Both the position numbers and the translations under genes were made by a program. From positions 235,188 through 299,187 of the forward strand of contig NW_021831849.1 in NCBI RefSeq assembly GCF_006345805.1: 64,000 nucleotides of DNA. The letters are read 5' to 3'. The first letter of the stretch is position 1; every line of letters starts with the position of its first letter. Below are positions 13,445 to 26,989 of this stretch, piece by piece. The notes below the pieces were generated by a model that saw nothing but the letters and a program-made list of their open reading frames with translations, made no database searches and was not told where the DNA came from. This DNA comes from Octopus sinensis (Eukaryota).

Positions 13445-15450
13445 TAGAGCAACATTTATTGACTTAAAAAAATAAAAATTGCCCTTAAAAAGTCAATGTA
13501 ATTGACCTTAAAATTTTAAAATTGACCAAATAATTGACCGTAAAAATACTACTTTATTTTCATATATAAACTACGTTTATGAAAATTTAAAGTATTTTAT
13601 CATCGTTTTTATCGAGTTATTTACAATTAAGTAATATTTTACATTATCCACTTTAAATTCCTATCCTTGGTTATTTTGGATATCTTTTGTGTGTGCTAAA
13701 ATTTCTACCATATTGCGGAAAGTAACTCTGAAGGAAGTGGATGCCCGATACTTCCAAATAAGTTGATAATTGCTCGATTTCTCAATTTATAGAGCGAATG
13801 TTTGCGGATACAAATGCTTCTGTTACGTCTGTTGCAAAATTTCTGAAGACATAATTTGGAGGAACAATATTCATTGTTTTTTTTTTATTGTGGATATATT
13901 ATTTGTTCGGGAAGAGTGTTTCTGTGTTTCCCTGTGTTTGTTCACAAAAAATGCTTCTTGCATGTCACATGTAACTCACATAATTTACAAAAAAGCATTC
14001 CATTTGGTGTAAAAGTAAATTCTTTAGGATATTTTTCACAATATTTTAGCTTTTTTAAAATCCGAAGGTTTATTTTTAGGCATAAGTACACTATAATTTA
14101 GTTTAAAATTGTTACAATAAGAGACAAATGTCACTGCGACTATTTTAATTATTTTGATGCTTAAATCAGTGGTTCTCAACCTTTTATTTTGTATCGCCCC
14201 CTTGGAATTTTTTTCGCCCCTCCAATTTTTATATCGCCCCTTATTTCATAGTAAAAAATTTTATTTAAAAATAGAGTTTTAATGAGATCCTTGTGGTTGA
14301 CAAGTTTTTCAAAATTTGTACTTCTTTTCGAAGTGTAATTCTAATGTCGCCTCTTTCTTCTCATATTTAGTTTGTTTCTTTTTTTCCGATCATACTATTC
14401 AGAGTGGCTGAATCTCTCTCTACGCAGTATGACGTAGGAAAACATAATATTATTGGCATCATTTTTTCCCATAATTTCGGGAATTTCATTTTTATAGATT
14501 TTTCTCCCCAGAATTTTTTTTTTAAATAACGAAAACAACAAAAAAAAACTAGCTATTATGAACTGGCTCGCAGGATTGAAAGACAATTCCCCAGAATTGT
14601 GTCAGGTTTTCATTTTTAAATTTTATTTTCAGTTCTTCGTCGTTTTTTAGTTCTATTAATTCTTCTTGACATTCATCATCAGAATCATAATGAATGGGCA
14701 ACCAAGGATTAATCACAATCAGAAAAGTTTAAATTATTAAATCTTCAAATTTTCAACTTTATATCTCTGCAACTTTATATGAATAAGATAATCCAGAGAC
14801 ATTTTGAGATATATTTTTATTAAAATTGACGGTAAGGTGTTTTTATTTTCAAAATTCTTTTTTAATTCTAGAAAAAAGTTGGCTTTTTTCCAATTAAATT
14901 ATGATGTTTTCGCTTTAAATGTTCAATCAAACGGAACGGTTTCATTGCCTCATTCGAAAAAATTGTACCACATTGAAGACAAAGTGGTTTATTAGGATCT
15001 TGAGGATCTTTAAAAAATCCAAGAGAAATATATTCATCTTTATACATTCTGACTTTTTTTTGAAACGACCCATAAAGATAACTAGAAATCACGCTTAGAA
15101 ATTTAAATAAATATAATAAAAATATCTTTTCAAAGATTATCGACTTCTAACATAAGATTTTAATTTTTCAAATATTAGCAATCAGCCATCGCCCCCCTGG
15201 CAGAAAAAATCGCCCCTAGGGGGCGAATCGCCCACCGTTGAGAACCACTGCTTTAAATAATATTATTTAAATTTTTATTTAAAAATTGACCTAATTAACA
15301 AAATTGACCTGGAAATCTAAAAAGTTGACCAAATTGACCTAAAGAACTTTTTATATAAACTTTTTTTTGACTTTATTTTAATTTAATCATTTTTTTAGAC
15401 TTAAGTCTAACTCTGGATTGAAGTTGACTTTATTGACTTATGTTGCCCTA
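13445..15450 (-). mobile_element. Internally deleted hAT-type element (CGGBP1-like zinc finger family)
   Basis: TIRs TAGAGCAACAT / ATGTTGCCCTA, subterminal AAATTGACC repeats, residual EFTFTPNGMLFCKLCELHV...KHRETQKH. Empty site at ~25930. Termini resemble the element at 35463. Confidence 0.8.
14167..15250 (-). mobile_element. Buster/Charlie-type hAT element, internally deleted, with BED finger
   Basis: TIRs CAGTGGTTCTCAAC / GTTGAGAACCACTG; imperfect 8-bp TSD GCTTAAAT/CTTTAAAT; RMYKDEYISLGF...PLCLQCGTIFSNEAMKP.RL..HL...H. Confidence 0.88.
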
Positions 15451-16554
15451 GTTATTAATGTCATTATCAAATCCTTATCCCTAAAGGCTGTGGTTTTCGG
15501 TTCTTGTTTTGGTTTTTTGCACACTGATACGGGGAGAGCAGACCTTTGATTGTCATTGGGTGAGATTTTTACTTAGAACTTCCTAAAATTGTTAAGCTCC
15601 TTTTTGGTGTAGTCACCCTCCAATAGACTTTTCTCACCACAGGCCGTCTCCCAAATGGCCTTGCAAATTTACTCCGTCGAACTATTTTTATTCATGGAAA
15701 GAGCATTCGGGACCATCTGGATCTTTGACCTTTGAGGTCACTGTTTCTTATTTCTTGGTTCAACACTTTAAGAAGGAGCTCAGTCTTCATATTTAGATGG
15801 GCCGACTTTTTGAATCCTTTTTTTCTAAGCGTGTCTTGTCAACTCCCCTCGTGAAGTTGTTGTGATGTTTAGGAAGTGACATAGCACGAGCCTCCATGAT
15901 ATAACTGTTGAATTAAGTGATTATTCTGTCTAGAGAAGTCTGAGGGATGCTTTTGATTTTTATCATTTATCAAAATCCAAAAGTAAAATCATTTGGATAA
16001 TCTAATGATAAGATATGTTAATTTATTAAATTCATAATCTTTTATTTTTAAAATTCATATTGTTTTCTACGGTAAAACTACACGTCAGGAGTTGAGATTA
16101 TTGCATTTCCAGTTATTTAATTAATTGTAAAAATAAACAGAAACTTCCAATGTTGCAAAATGATATTAAATAATTGGCCGCCCAACATTTAAAATTATCG
16201 AAATGCTTAATTAGAATTGATAAACATTTATACAAGTTATTGTAATATTTTTTATTGAAATAAAAACGTTAGAATTAGTTAGTGAACAAATTTTTGGTAG
16301 AAACGTTTCCCGCCTCGTCAAACGTACTTATCTTTAGACCCAGAGCTACAGAAAAATAAATAATCATATTAACAAGTCAGTGTCGCACGAGACGAAATGG
16401 ATTCAAATTTATTTTGTAAATTTTCTTGACAATAGCTATGGGTATTTCGATTAAGTGTCATTGATGCTACAATTTAATGACAAAAATACTAGAAGGAATA
16501 TCGTTAAGTGAGCTAAAAATAATTAAATAAATAAACCTTCTACAAAATGATGAA

Positions 16555-17949
16555 TCAGAGAAAAATTGAATTTTCGGCGAATTAAACAAATCAATTTTTT
16601 GACCTAGAAATAATGTTTGTAAGTAGATACAATCAAAATCGGAACTTTTATCAGGAATTACTTTAAATGCAGATTTTATGAAATTTAGAAATCTTTCACG
16701 ATAATCATTTGGAGAGTTAACAGATAGATAAATCTACATGATAAAAATATAAAAACTGAATCAACTAAAACAGACTTAATCGTTTTTTCAAATTTTTTCT
16801 TTAATCCGTATGTTTGTAGAATGTCAATGATACCCATATATAGTATGACTGGTCGTAAAGTAGCTGTGTACGCCTTAACACCGTATTTGGACAATTCAGC
16901 AGAAGTCGATCTAAAAGCTAAAAATATCAAAATACATATCATTTTCGGAATAAGAATGATTGACCTAGTAAAAATAATGAATGAAAACAACTTGGTCGAC
17001 ATAATGGATTCCTAAAAGAAGGCTGTAGTCGATTACATCTAGACTTTCCAGAAACTTGGTTCAATCAGTAAATTAAAATAACCAGACTATCTTCAGAAAG
17101 TATTTCGATTAAACGAGAGTGGTCTCTTTCGCTAAGAAAAAACCCCCGTGGGTGCAGTTCGTAAAAATCGAGATCTTTAAGAGTTTTTTGTGGGTTTTTG
17201 GATTTTCGAAGGTACTTGCTTCCTTTTAAATCAAAAACCTGATGCATTTCGACATCGACAGGAAGAATATTTTTCATGACTATAAACCGTGTTTTATTGG
17301 AAAATCTCTAAAAAAAACCGAGAGACAGTCAACCATGAAATGGTAAAACCCGTAAAATTGGGGCAGCAGTGAGCAGCTATTTTCACCGAATTTCTACAAA
17401 TTTTAAATAAAAATAATACTTTTGTATAATGAGGAAGAATACTCATCATAAAACGTGATTCGGACGGCGTGACAGTTTTTATCAAAAATTTTCCGTCGTA
17501 TGACATAAAGAAAAGACTCCCGGAGGCCCCTGAACTAGATAGCGTCTTGAGTGGATATTCTGTTAAACTCTCCTATAATCTAAAGACCTGCCAAAGTTAC
17601 AATATATTGGTTTATCGGAATCAGACATTGTCCACGCAGAAAGCGATAAACATGTGGTGTGATAGCTATAAACTTAAACACTCTGAATTCGTGTGGTGGT
17701 GTGTGGTTTGATCCATCTCTATAACATCTTTTTTTAATTTAACTTTGGGAAAAATAAAGTATCGCATGTTTCAAACTCAGAAGAAACGGGCTCGTGCCAA
17801 GTTGGTTTTTTATAGATTAAGTAATATTGTTTTAATGCAAAAGAAAATAATTCTTTTATTTCCTCGTCAAAAGAGACGGGGGCTATTTTTAAAGGTCCCA
17901 CCTAATTTAATTTTAAAATTCTGACCGAAAGTATTAAGTTTTCATTCAT
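16555..17949 (-). CDS. PIP5K1: Phosphatidylinositol-4-phosphate 5-kinase type I, many micro-introns
   Basis: Spliced ...FFPKDGSNHTPPH...SSSGASGSLFFMSYDGKFLIKTV...LLPKFYG...VMKNILP...FDLKGS...IDYSLLLGIH...YMGIIDILQTY...SVNSPNDYRERFLNF. All kinase motifs are intact; introns 23-28 nt. Confidence 0.9.
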
Positions 17950-18904
17950 CTTAGTTTGTTGCAGATTTTACTGGAATTCTGCAATCAATCGAAGCCCGTA
18001 TCACTGAATCTTTGAATTTGATTATTAATTTATTCGAATTTTATTTCGCATTAATAATTAAATTAATTATTCCTATTTTAATTTAAGTATTAAATTAATT
18101 AATTTTTAATGAAAATTATTACTTTTAAATAAAAAGATATTTTTTACCGTGAACAAAATCTGAAGAATTTTTTAAAAAATTTATCTTATACCATATCATT
18201 GATTCTGATAAGTTTTAAATCATAATAATACTTTTCTTTTATTCTCGAAACACTCGAACTCGACAATGGTGACGGCAAACGACCAGAGGGAACGACAATC
18301 TTCTTATTTCGACAAGCCCGGTAGTTTGTTTGGGATGTTACTTGGACGAATACGTTCATGGCATCGAGCATTATCTTTTCTGTATTATCTCCTGGAAATG
18401 TGAAAGTTAATTAATCCTGGAGGAGATCTGTGTTTGATCTCCGACTGAAGCGCATGTGTATGCTTCCCAATGCCACGTCTGGTCTCAAAGGCAAGAGAGC
18501 AAAACAAATTGACTCTAGGAGGAAAGAATATAGGTCTGAGTCCGAGATTATTCGCTTATCTGCTGACCGAGACTACTTAGAAATCTTCGTCCTTGGTGTG
18601 TAGAGATTGTCGAATTCGGAAACAATCCTTCTGATGATCTGGCTATTCTTGGATCGCCGATCTCATACAAGTGTATGGCCTTTGATCTTGAAACTAAATC
18701 GAAAGACTTTAAATTCTTTCTGCGTGTCTATACAAATTAAAGTCACATGTCGCTTTCTTTTTGCTAAAGAATTTTCTGTTAATTCCACACTTTATTTTTC
18801 TTCGGTTATTTCATCCTTTAGATGTAAAAACAGTTATTGGTCCTCGATGTCAGTGATTTTAAACACCCCTCATTCTATGGTCGTGGCTAGCGTCAAACGT
18901 GACA

Positions 18905-19655
18905 GAATGTTTCATAAAATGAAAAAATTATTTAATGTTATTAATTAATTTGTTATATATAAATGTAGTGATGATAAGAGCCAGTAAAGAATTTAAAGTG
19001 AAAGAATTTATCCGAAATTTTAAAATGAAATATATTTCTCAAACGGATATTATTTTTAGTTAAAAATTATGGATAGATAGTCTGAAACAACAGCAGATTC
19101 CAAGGGGATTACCCGACCATTTTCTAGTTCTATCGATTAAATTTCGGATATTCAGATAATTTTTATTTAAAGGAGTAACAAATTCAAAACCTAAAATTTT
19201 ATTTATTTAAGAGGTTAACAACTTCTTAAAATATAAGGAATTAATTTAGAATTCCACAAATTCGCTAGGAAGCCAAAATTGAACTGCAGTGAAGTAATCC
19301 AATATTTTGAATATAAAAATCCAGAGAAAAAACAAAAGCAAAAATCAAAAAATAAATTAAAATAAAAAACTTCTAAAAATGCTAAAATGGCTAACAAACG
19401 TGAAAAAGTATTATCTTCCAAATGTGAGATGCTATTCTCTGTTAATATTTAGTTTTCTGTAATCAAATTGACACATATTGATAAAATGAAGAATAGTATT
19501 TGTGATAATGAGAAAATATTTTTCATTGTAAAATTGTACTTCGAAAAATGTTAAACCTAAAGAAAAAATAGTTGGAAGCAACAAAAGATCTTATTATATT
19601 CTCCCAAAAAAGTTGTCTAGACCTGGTGATTCGTTTCCAAATCAATTTTAATTAG
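18905..19655 (+). pseudogene. Diverged long-hinge HP1-like relic
   Basis: ECFIK*KNYL|DD..EPVKNL chromodomain remnant with the same intron 1; chromoshadow remnant LTHIDKMKN...IFFIVK|...; stops and frameshifts. Confidence 0.6.
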
Positions 19656-20049
19656 ATTTGATTTTAGAACTTTTGTGGACTCCCAGGATAATATAGAAAA
19701 GTTGATCAAACATCAAAGGGAATCATAATTATGATCAACTCTAAAGTCCTTTATAGAAATCTTTTTGGCGGATAGACAACCCGCAGATTGACGTATCGAC
19801 TCCATCAACGTAGGTGAAGTATAGGAATAACTCTCTCTGATTAGAAGGTTTAGCTTCATATCGGGAATAACTATCCCCGATTAGAAGGGAAGGGAATATA
19901 ATTTATTAATTGCAAATAAAAACAGTCCAACCACTGTAAAAGTAAAACGATGACTGTAGTGAGGCTAGATGGTCCTGAAAATCTCATTCAAATTTTACAT
20001 ATTCATATATTAAGCACTGATAGAAATAAATTCTGTATAAATATATTTA

Positions 20050-20230
20050 GTAAATCAATTTGACCAATTTGATAAAAAAATACATTTTATTTGTAAAAAT
20101 GAAAATATATTTTTATATAACCTTAAGAAAAACATTTGAAACCATAAAAAGATTCCATTAGATTCTCTACGAGAAACGTATCGGGTCCTATTGATTAATT
20201 TTCTGATAAGTCAAATCAATTTTAATTAGA
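20050..20230 (+). pseudogene. HP1-like gene 3' fragment (chromoshadow exons)
   Basis: Nucleotide similarity to 24060-24268. Confidence 0.7.
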
Positions 20231-20499
20231 TATAATTTGAAACTTTTGGGCTAATGAATTATTTTCTCTTTTTCACATTTAATTATAAAATACTTATTTT
20301 TCTACCTTTGAATTAATCAACCAGATGTTTACATGACCCCATCTTGAATAAGAATTGACACAATCTCTCACGTATTTAAAAGATTTAGAAGAAAAATCAC
20401 TGTGTTCAAAATATTAATTCTTAATTTATTGCACGAATATAAATTTCGTTGTTTAGTTTCCAATTTTGTCAAAACCTCGTATAGTTGCTTTCTTTATTG

Positions 20500-20975
20500 T
20501 CCGTACTACCCCTATTGACAAAACACTAATTTTGATGCGCGGTACAAACCGACGATCTCGCCTGCCAATCAGTCGCATGTCGTAACGAAATTAGACGCTA
20601 CTAACACAATAGCAAACTAAACCAGATTATTCTTCTGTCACTTTGGAACCCCCAGTTAGTCTGGATTCCACGTTCAACTGGAACCTAGGAGGATATTTGC
20701 TGGAGATGGCAGAAGACCCGAAAAAAATGATGACATTTACCCACCAAAAAGGAAAGTGTCAGGGTTGAGAAGTTTTCTGCGTGAATTCTTTTTTCGACCA
20801 GAATATCTGTGAATTATTCAAAACCTCCTTGAGGACATCCAAACAAACTTAACCGGAGAAGCGCGAGAAATATGGTGATGTCGGGAATGGGCAGAGAATT
20901 TGTTCGCATGAATTTGATATTTCTGAAATACAGTAGTGGCCTTCAAATTGTAGCCAGTTCCGAAAGATCGGGTTT
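20500..20975 (+). repeat. Degenerate CRE-like retrotransposon REL-endonuclease fragment, co-amplified downstream of HP1-like copies (also ~22580-22975, ~24510-24985, ~41000-41415, ~61880-62270)
   Basis: Plus frame GFHVQLEPRRIFAGDGRRP...KGKC...KYGD aligns to the CRE C-terminus at 38768-39478 (GFPTELEPVGLDRGDGKRPDG...GKCLAWD). Confidence 0.75.
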
Positions 20976-21287
20976 TTATGGAAAGAGGGATCGCAGATTT
21001 ATCAGAGAGAGATATCTGGCCGAACGAGTTTTGTGCAAAAAATTTTAAATTACATTTAATTAAAATTAATTTGAATAATTATAAAATAAATCTCTATGAC
21101 GTAACAGATATTTTGGAAAAACTGTACATGAAGCATGATATAACTAAAAATACCGTTCAAATTTAGCATTTTAATAACTTACGTTCAGTTAAAAATGAGT
21201 TCTGTTTTAATATATTATAGATTTAATTTTTTTCTATTTTAATAACAATTGATTCATTTATCATGTTGTTAGATACTTTCTGATGGT

Positions 21288-21707
21288 CTTGCTGAAGAGT
21301 ATGCCCTGGATACTGGATTCAGCCGTCGTGGTTCGAATCCAGAAGAGGCTACTTTGGAGTCGGGTTAATCTCGTCGTCGAGTTCCTTTTGCCCGTGGGTG
21401 ACGAGTACATCTGGCACGACACAGTATGTCAAAAAGGGATCTCCTTCCTATCCGGCCTTAGAAAGGCGTTCGTGGTCCACCAATTTCACTTGGAGATTTC
21501 GACTGGATTTAGAAACGCCGAGGGGGCACCTAATGCTCACCGAAAAAGGACCAATAGCTCTCCTACCCCTGGACATCGTCGTCGCAGGACGATGCACTTT
21601 GCATAGGATTGAACCTTTCGGAGGATCTCCGTCGATGCGTCGGATCACACGCTAATTAGTTCGGTCTTAACTGTGGTCTTGGTGTTTAATAATAAATAAA
21701 TAAATTA
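21288..21707 (+). mobile_element. GC-rich LINE 3' end inserted at the start codon of an HP1-like copy
   Basis: Flanked by ATGGT on both sides and ends in an (AATA)n tail. A similar 3' end GGTCTTGGTGTTT..AATA occurs at ~62635. Confidence 0.55.
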
Positions 21708-21708
21708 A

Positions 21709-22425
21709 ATGGTACAACCTATCAAACGAAAAAATACAAATAGTGAATTCGAGGTTGAAACGATTCATTTATTGAGAAAAATAGATAGAAGCAAAAAGAA
21801 TATCTTATAAAATGGAAGAATTATTCACTGTTATCTGATAATTTGTTTATATAAATTTAGTGAGGAAAATATATGAGAACCCATAACAAATTTGAACTGT
21901 TATGAACATATTGGAAATTTTGAAAATAAAAACTTGCACAGATGGATCCACTTGATTTGTTAACTCTCTTTCTCTTTCTAAATAAAGTGCGTTTCCGGCT
22001 TATTGGAGAAACCTGGTAATGGTAACATTGCCAAGTCAATTCAGAAAAGGCTCTTAAAAAAATAAAAAATAATAAAAATCATGATACTAAAAAACAACAT
22101 CTGAATTACCAAAATAAATTAAAATTAAATACTTCTAAAATCAACAAATTGGATAACAATCATCAAAACCTTTTATCTTTTACTAATGTAAGATTCCAAT
22201 TCATGTTATATTTCAGAGTTCTGAAATCAATTTGACAAAAATTGATAAAAAAATATTACTCGTAAAAATGATAATATATTTGTTTATGTAAAATTGTATT
22301 AACTTTATAACATAATTTTAAGACAAAACATTCGAAAGTGACGAAAGATTACATTGGAGTCTTTACGAGACACATTTCCAGTCCTATTGATTAATTTTTT
22401 GATTTGTCGAATTAATCTTAATTAG
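21709..22425 (+). pseudogene. HP1-like chromo+chromoshadow pseudogene
   Basis: Homologous to 23693-24268; frameshift in exon 1 and an insertion of ~130 bp at ~21940-22065. Confidence 0.85.
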
Positions 22426-23489
22426 ATGTAATTTGAAATCCTTTTCCCTAATGAATAATTTTTTCACATTTAATCATAAAATACTCATCTTTCTAACGTC
22501 GACTTAATCAACCAGATCAATCTCGAATAGACGATTGACACAATCTTTGACAGATGTTAAAAATTGTAGAAGCAAAATGCCTGCTACACATTCGCATGTC
22601 TTAACGAAATTAGAAGCTCCTACCACAATACCAAACTAGACCAGATTATTCGCCAGTCACATTGGAAATGCTTGATTCTATTCTCAACTGGAACCGAGTG
22701 GGATATTTGCTGGAAATGTCAGACGGCCCGATAAATGACGACATTTACTTCTCAATAGGGAAAGTATCTGGGTTGAGAAGTTGCCTGCATGAAATTTCCT
22801 ATTATACCTAAATATGAGTAAATCATTCAATACCCTGAGCCCATCCAAACCAACCTAGTGAAAGAAATGTGAGAAATGTGGGAATTTCATGAATGGCAGA
22901 GTATTTGTCCCCATGAAGTCTATACCTCTGGAATACCGTGACCTCCAATTATAGTTTTTTCGAAAGATCGGACCAGAACTACTTAATTACGGTATTGAAA
23001 ACTTACATGTACATATTGCCGACTTTTTAAACGGAATGTTAAAAAATGACCATTTGCTCTTGATACTGACCCTGTCCAAAAACAGAAAAAAACTAAAAAA
23101 AGAATTCAAACCAAACTATAAAGGAACGATCAAAAAGCTGCACTTTATCTTTTCTATCTGCTTTGTGCATGAACAATATATGCCAAAAAATACCGTTAAA
23201 ATTTAGCATTTAATAATTGAAGTTTTTCACGCGCAAGCCCAGGGTCAAAATCTAAGTGCGCAATCATGATCTTCGGGAGGTGGATTGAATTTTTCAGCGG
23301 TTCTCGATTGCCGTTATCCGGAGGAACAGTTTGGCGATCCGTCAGACTGATGGCCTCCTTTTCGATTAATCTTTTAACACTTTTTTTTTAATTAAAATTA
23401 GTTTTATTAATGAAAGGACTGGAAAAAATTGTCATTGGCAGATTGACAGAGTATTGCCACTGACTATGGCTATAGATATTTGTTCGGTT

Positions 23490-23530
23490 AAATACCGGTC
23501 CTCACACGGGTCGCCGGTAAAAAACTAGCT
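23490..23530 (+). mobile_element. Helitron-like 3' terminus (hairpin + CTAG)
   Basis: ACCGGTCC...GGTCGCCGGT imperfect hairpin followed by AAAAAACTAG. Confidence 0.45.
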
Positions 23531-23692
23531 ACATTCCACGTTTAACTGAAACTTTTGCAAAATATGTTAAAAATATTAAAAAAATTACGATCAGTTAAAA
23601 ACAAGTTCTGTTTTAATATATTTTTTGATTTAATTTTTTTCTTTTTATAAATAACAATTGATTCAAATTTATTTGTCGTTAAATACTCGCTG

Positions 23693-24268
23693 ATGGTACA
23701 CGCTATCAATCGAAAAAATACAAATAGTGAATTCGAGGTTGAAGCGATTCATGGAGTGAGAATAAATAGAAAGAAGCAAAAAGAATATCTTATAAAATGG
23801 AAGAATTATTCAATGTTTTTTGATAATTTGTTTATATAAATTTAGTGATGATAATACATGGGAACCCGTAACAAATTTGAACTGTTCTGAACTTATTGGA
23901 GATTTTGAAAATAAAAATCATAATACTAAAAAACAAAATTTCAATTCCCGAAATAAATTAAATTTAAATACTTCTAAAATCAAAAAATTGGATAGCAATC
24001 ATCAAAAGCGTTTATCTTCTACAAATGTAAGATTCCATTTTATGTTATATTTCAGTGTTTTGAAATCGATTTGACACATATTGATAAAATAACAAATATA
24101 GTTCGTGAGAATGATAATATTTTTTTTAACGTGAAATTGTATTTACTTTACTATATAATTTTAAGACAAAACATTCGAAAGCAGCAAAAGATTCCATTGG
24201 AATCTTTACGAGATACGTGTCCAGTCCTATTAATTAATTTTCTGATCAGTCGAATCAATTTTACTTAG
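23693..24268 (+). CDS. HP1-like chromodomain + chromoshadow protein, intact, 162 aa, 4 exons
   Basis: Introns 23815-23845, 24027-24055, 24139-24165. Product [61 protein letters not shown]...CFEIDLTHIDKITNIVRENDNIFFNVKLQ...LRDTCPVLLINFLISRINFT. Aromatic cage F/W/Y is intact. Confidence 0.9.
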
Positions 24269-24984
24269 ATATAATTTGAAATCCTTTTTGCCTAATGATT
24301 TTTTCCACATTTAATCATAAAATACTTATTTTCCTACTTTGGAATTAATGACCTTATCTCCAATAGACAATTGAAAAAATCTCTAACAGAATTTTAAGAT
24401 TGTAGAAGTTTTTAAAAATATTAATTTTTAATTTATTGACAAATATAAATTTCGTTGTTTAGTTTTTAATTTTATAAAAAGTCTCGTATAATTTTTTTCT
24501 TTATTGTCTATCTACCCTTATTGATAAGACACTTATGGGGATACGAGCTTACCAAATTCGCATGTCTTAACGAAATTAAAATCTTCTACTACAATAGTAA
24601 ACTAGACCTGATTATCCTCCAGTCACTCTGGAAATGCTCGATTCTACTCTAAACTGGTATAGACCAACAAGACCAAAGCGCATGTCGCAACGAAATTGGA
24701 CGCGCGTAGCACAATAGCGAACTAGACAAGATTATTCTCCAGTCATTATAGAACCCCCAATTAGTCTGGATTCCACGTTCAATTGAGAAGTTTTCTGCGT
24801 GAATTCCTTTTTCAACCAGAATTTTTGTGAAACATTTAAAAACCCCCTTGAGCAAATCCAAAGTAACTTAAGGGGAGAAGCGCAAGAAATATGGTGATGT
24901 TGGGAATGGGTAGATTATTTGCTCGCATAAAATTGATACGTCTACATTGGCTTTCTAATTGTAGCTATTTTTGAAAGATCGGGT

Positions 24985-26875
24985 TTTCTATCAATAAATA
25001 TAATACAAACCTTTTATAAATACAGTGACTGACTTTTTTCATAAAAAATCTTTGGATATGACATCCTTTCAGCATCTTTGATGTAACTCGAGAAAAAATT
25101 AGCTTAAGGATAACACAAATCTTTTTTAAATTTTTCCGAAAAGTTGCGACTTTCCAACGTAAATCGTAACAGCCTGTGTCTCAATATAAACAAAAAAACA
25201 AGTTTGCAGTGTGAAAATCATATGAAATATTACAAAGTGAAAACATCATTTCAATAAAATGAATGTAAATCTTTAACAAATCCAGATCGACTAAGAGAAG
25301 TTATTCTACTTCTCACAATTTATTAAGACATTGCATTTTTTCCGAGGTGAAGAGGGAGGTGTCCGACTCTTCTGGAAAAGTTGATAGGTGCTTACCAGTG
25401 ATCTATTTGTTTAATATATTCAAATATCGTTGTAGTCTTAATGAAGCGCCGAGATGTCTCGATCTTTGTAAGCAATAACGATTTTCTTTGCTTAAGAAAT
25501 CAGGATGTCTTTTTCATTATCCAATAGATGGAGATCAGCAATAACAAGGTTAAACAGCGTGACCTTGTAGTGGATTGTCTTATAGAAATACGTCCTCTTC
25601 GACCATTGAAAAAGTCTGATAGCCACAACTTGAGATTAGGAGGAATTTTTGTTATGAATATCTTTAAAATGAGATATTTTCCTTATACTAAAAACTTTTT
25701 TAAGTCAATAGTACAGAGCACGATTTTTTGATGGGCGGTTTTCATGAGAATCCAAGTTGATAAAGTTAGTCAAAGTGAGTAATTGTTTCAGAATAAATCT
25801 ATTTTCTTCAAGTAAATCTATTTTCTTTAAACCGTGTTGGAAGGACTTTTCGGGGAGATGGCCCTTGATCTTTCAGATTCTTTAGTAGAATCATTGAGAT
25901 TTTGTCATGTCAGTTTGAAAGTATGATTTGATAGTTATTAATGTCATTATCAAATCCTTATCCTTAAAGGCTGTAGTTTTCGGTTCTTGTTTCGGTTTTT
26001 GCACATAGATACGGGGAGAGCAGAACTTTGATTGTCATTGGGTAAGATTTTTACTTGGAACTTCCTAAAATTGTTCAGCTCCTTTTTGGTGTAGTCACCC
26101 TCCAATAGAGTTTTCTCATCACAGGCCGTCCGTCTCCAGAATGGCCTTGAAAATTTACTCCGTCGAACTATTTTTACTCATGGAAAGAGGATTCAGGATT
26201 ATTTGAATCTTTGGTTTTCAAAGTCACTGTTTCTTACTTCCTGGTTGAACGCCTTAAAAATAACCTTAGTTTTCATATTTGAATGGATCGACCTTTTGAG
26301 TTGAATCCTTTTTTTCTAAGCGTGTCTTGTCCACTCTTCTCGTGAAGTTGTTGTGATGTTTAGGAAGTGACATAACACGAGCCCCATGATATAACTGTTG
26401 ACTTAAGTGATTATTCTGTCTAGAGAAGTCTGAGGGATGCCTTTGCTTTTGATTTTTATCATTTATCAAAATCCAAAAGTAAATTCATTTGGATAATCTA
26501 ATGACAAGATATGTTAATTTATTAAATTCATAATCTTTTATTTTAAAATTCATATTGTTTTCTACGATAAAACTACACGTCAAGAGTTGAGATTATTGCA
26601 TTTCCAGTTATTTAATTAATTGAAAAAATAAACAGAAACTTCCAATGTTCCAAAATGATATAAAATAATTAGCCGCCCAACATTAAAAATTATCGAAATG
26701 CTTAATTAGAATTGATAAACATTTATACAAGTTATTAATATATTTTTTATTGAAATAAAAACGTTAGAACTAGTTAGTGAACAAATTTTTGGTAATAACG
26801 TTTCCCGTCTCTTTAAACGTACTTATTTTTAGACCCAGAGCTACAGAAAAATAAATAATCATATTAACGAGTCAG
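24985..26875. repeat. Segmental duplicate of ~9905-10210 joined to ~12645-13440 + 15451-16380 (hAT-free allele of the LINE)
   Basis: Direct high nucleotide identity by eye, e.g. GTATGATTTGATAGTTATTAATGTC is the empty site. Confidence 0.88.
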
Positions 26876-26989
26876 ATTTAGGAATTATGGATTTCAAATA
26901 TACAAATGGATGGATGGATCGATTTAAGAGAAGGCATAACATTGAAATCCATATATTATGCATGATATAACATTAAAATTTTGATTGTA

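Larger units (their letters stand above)
12310..15960 (-). mobile_element. Degenerate Jockey-like LINE (RT region), interrupted by nested hAT elements at 13445-15450
   Basis: WLSDFLSGR...LPNGVPQGSPLSPALFNLFIADL and KILGITFDTYM. The sequence continues on both sides of the hAT insertion; an uninterrupted copy lies at ~25300-26470. Confidence 0.85.

Noticed and set aside
20500-20975. Minus-strand frame of the repeated module has TGA codons conserved across copies, suggesting a TGA=Trp code or a second cargo gene
   Set aside because: TAG stops are conserved as well, and the plus strand aligns to the CRE retrotransposon endonuclease domain.
23693-24268. Chromodomain as part of a chromovirus (Gypsy) integrase
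   Set aside because: It is a stand-alone intron-containing gene with a chromoshadow-like C-terminus, and no LTR or pol sequence is attached.
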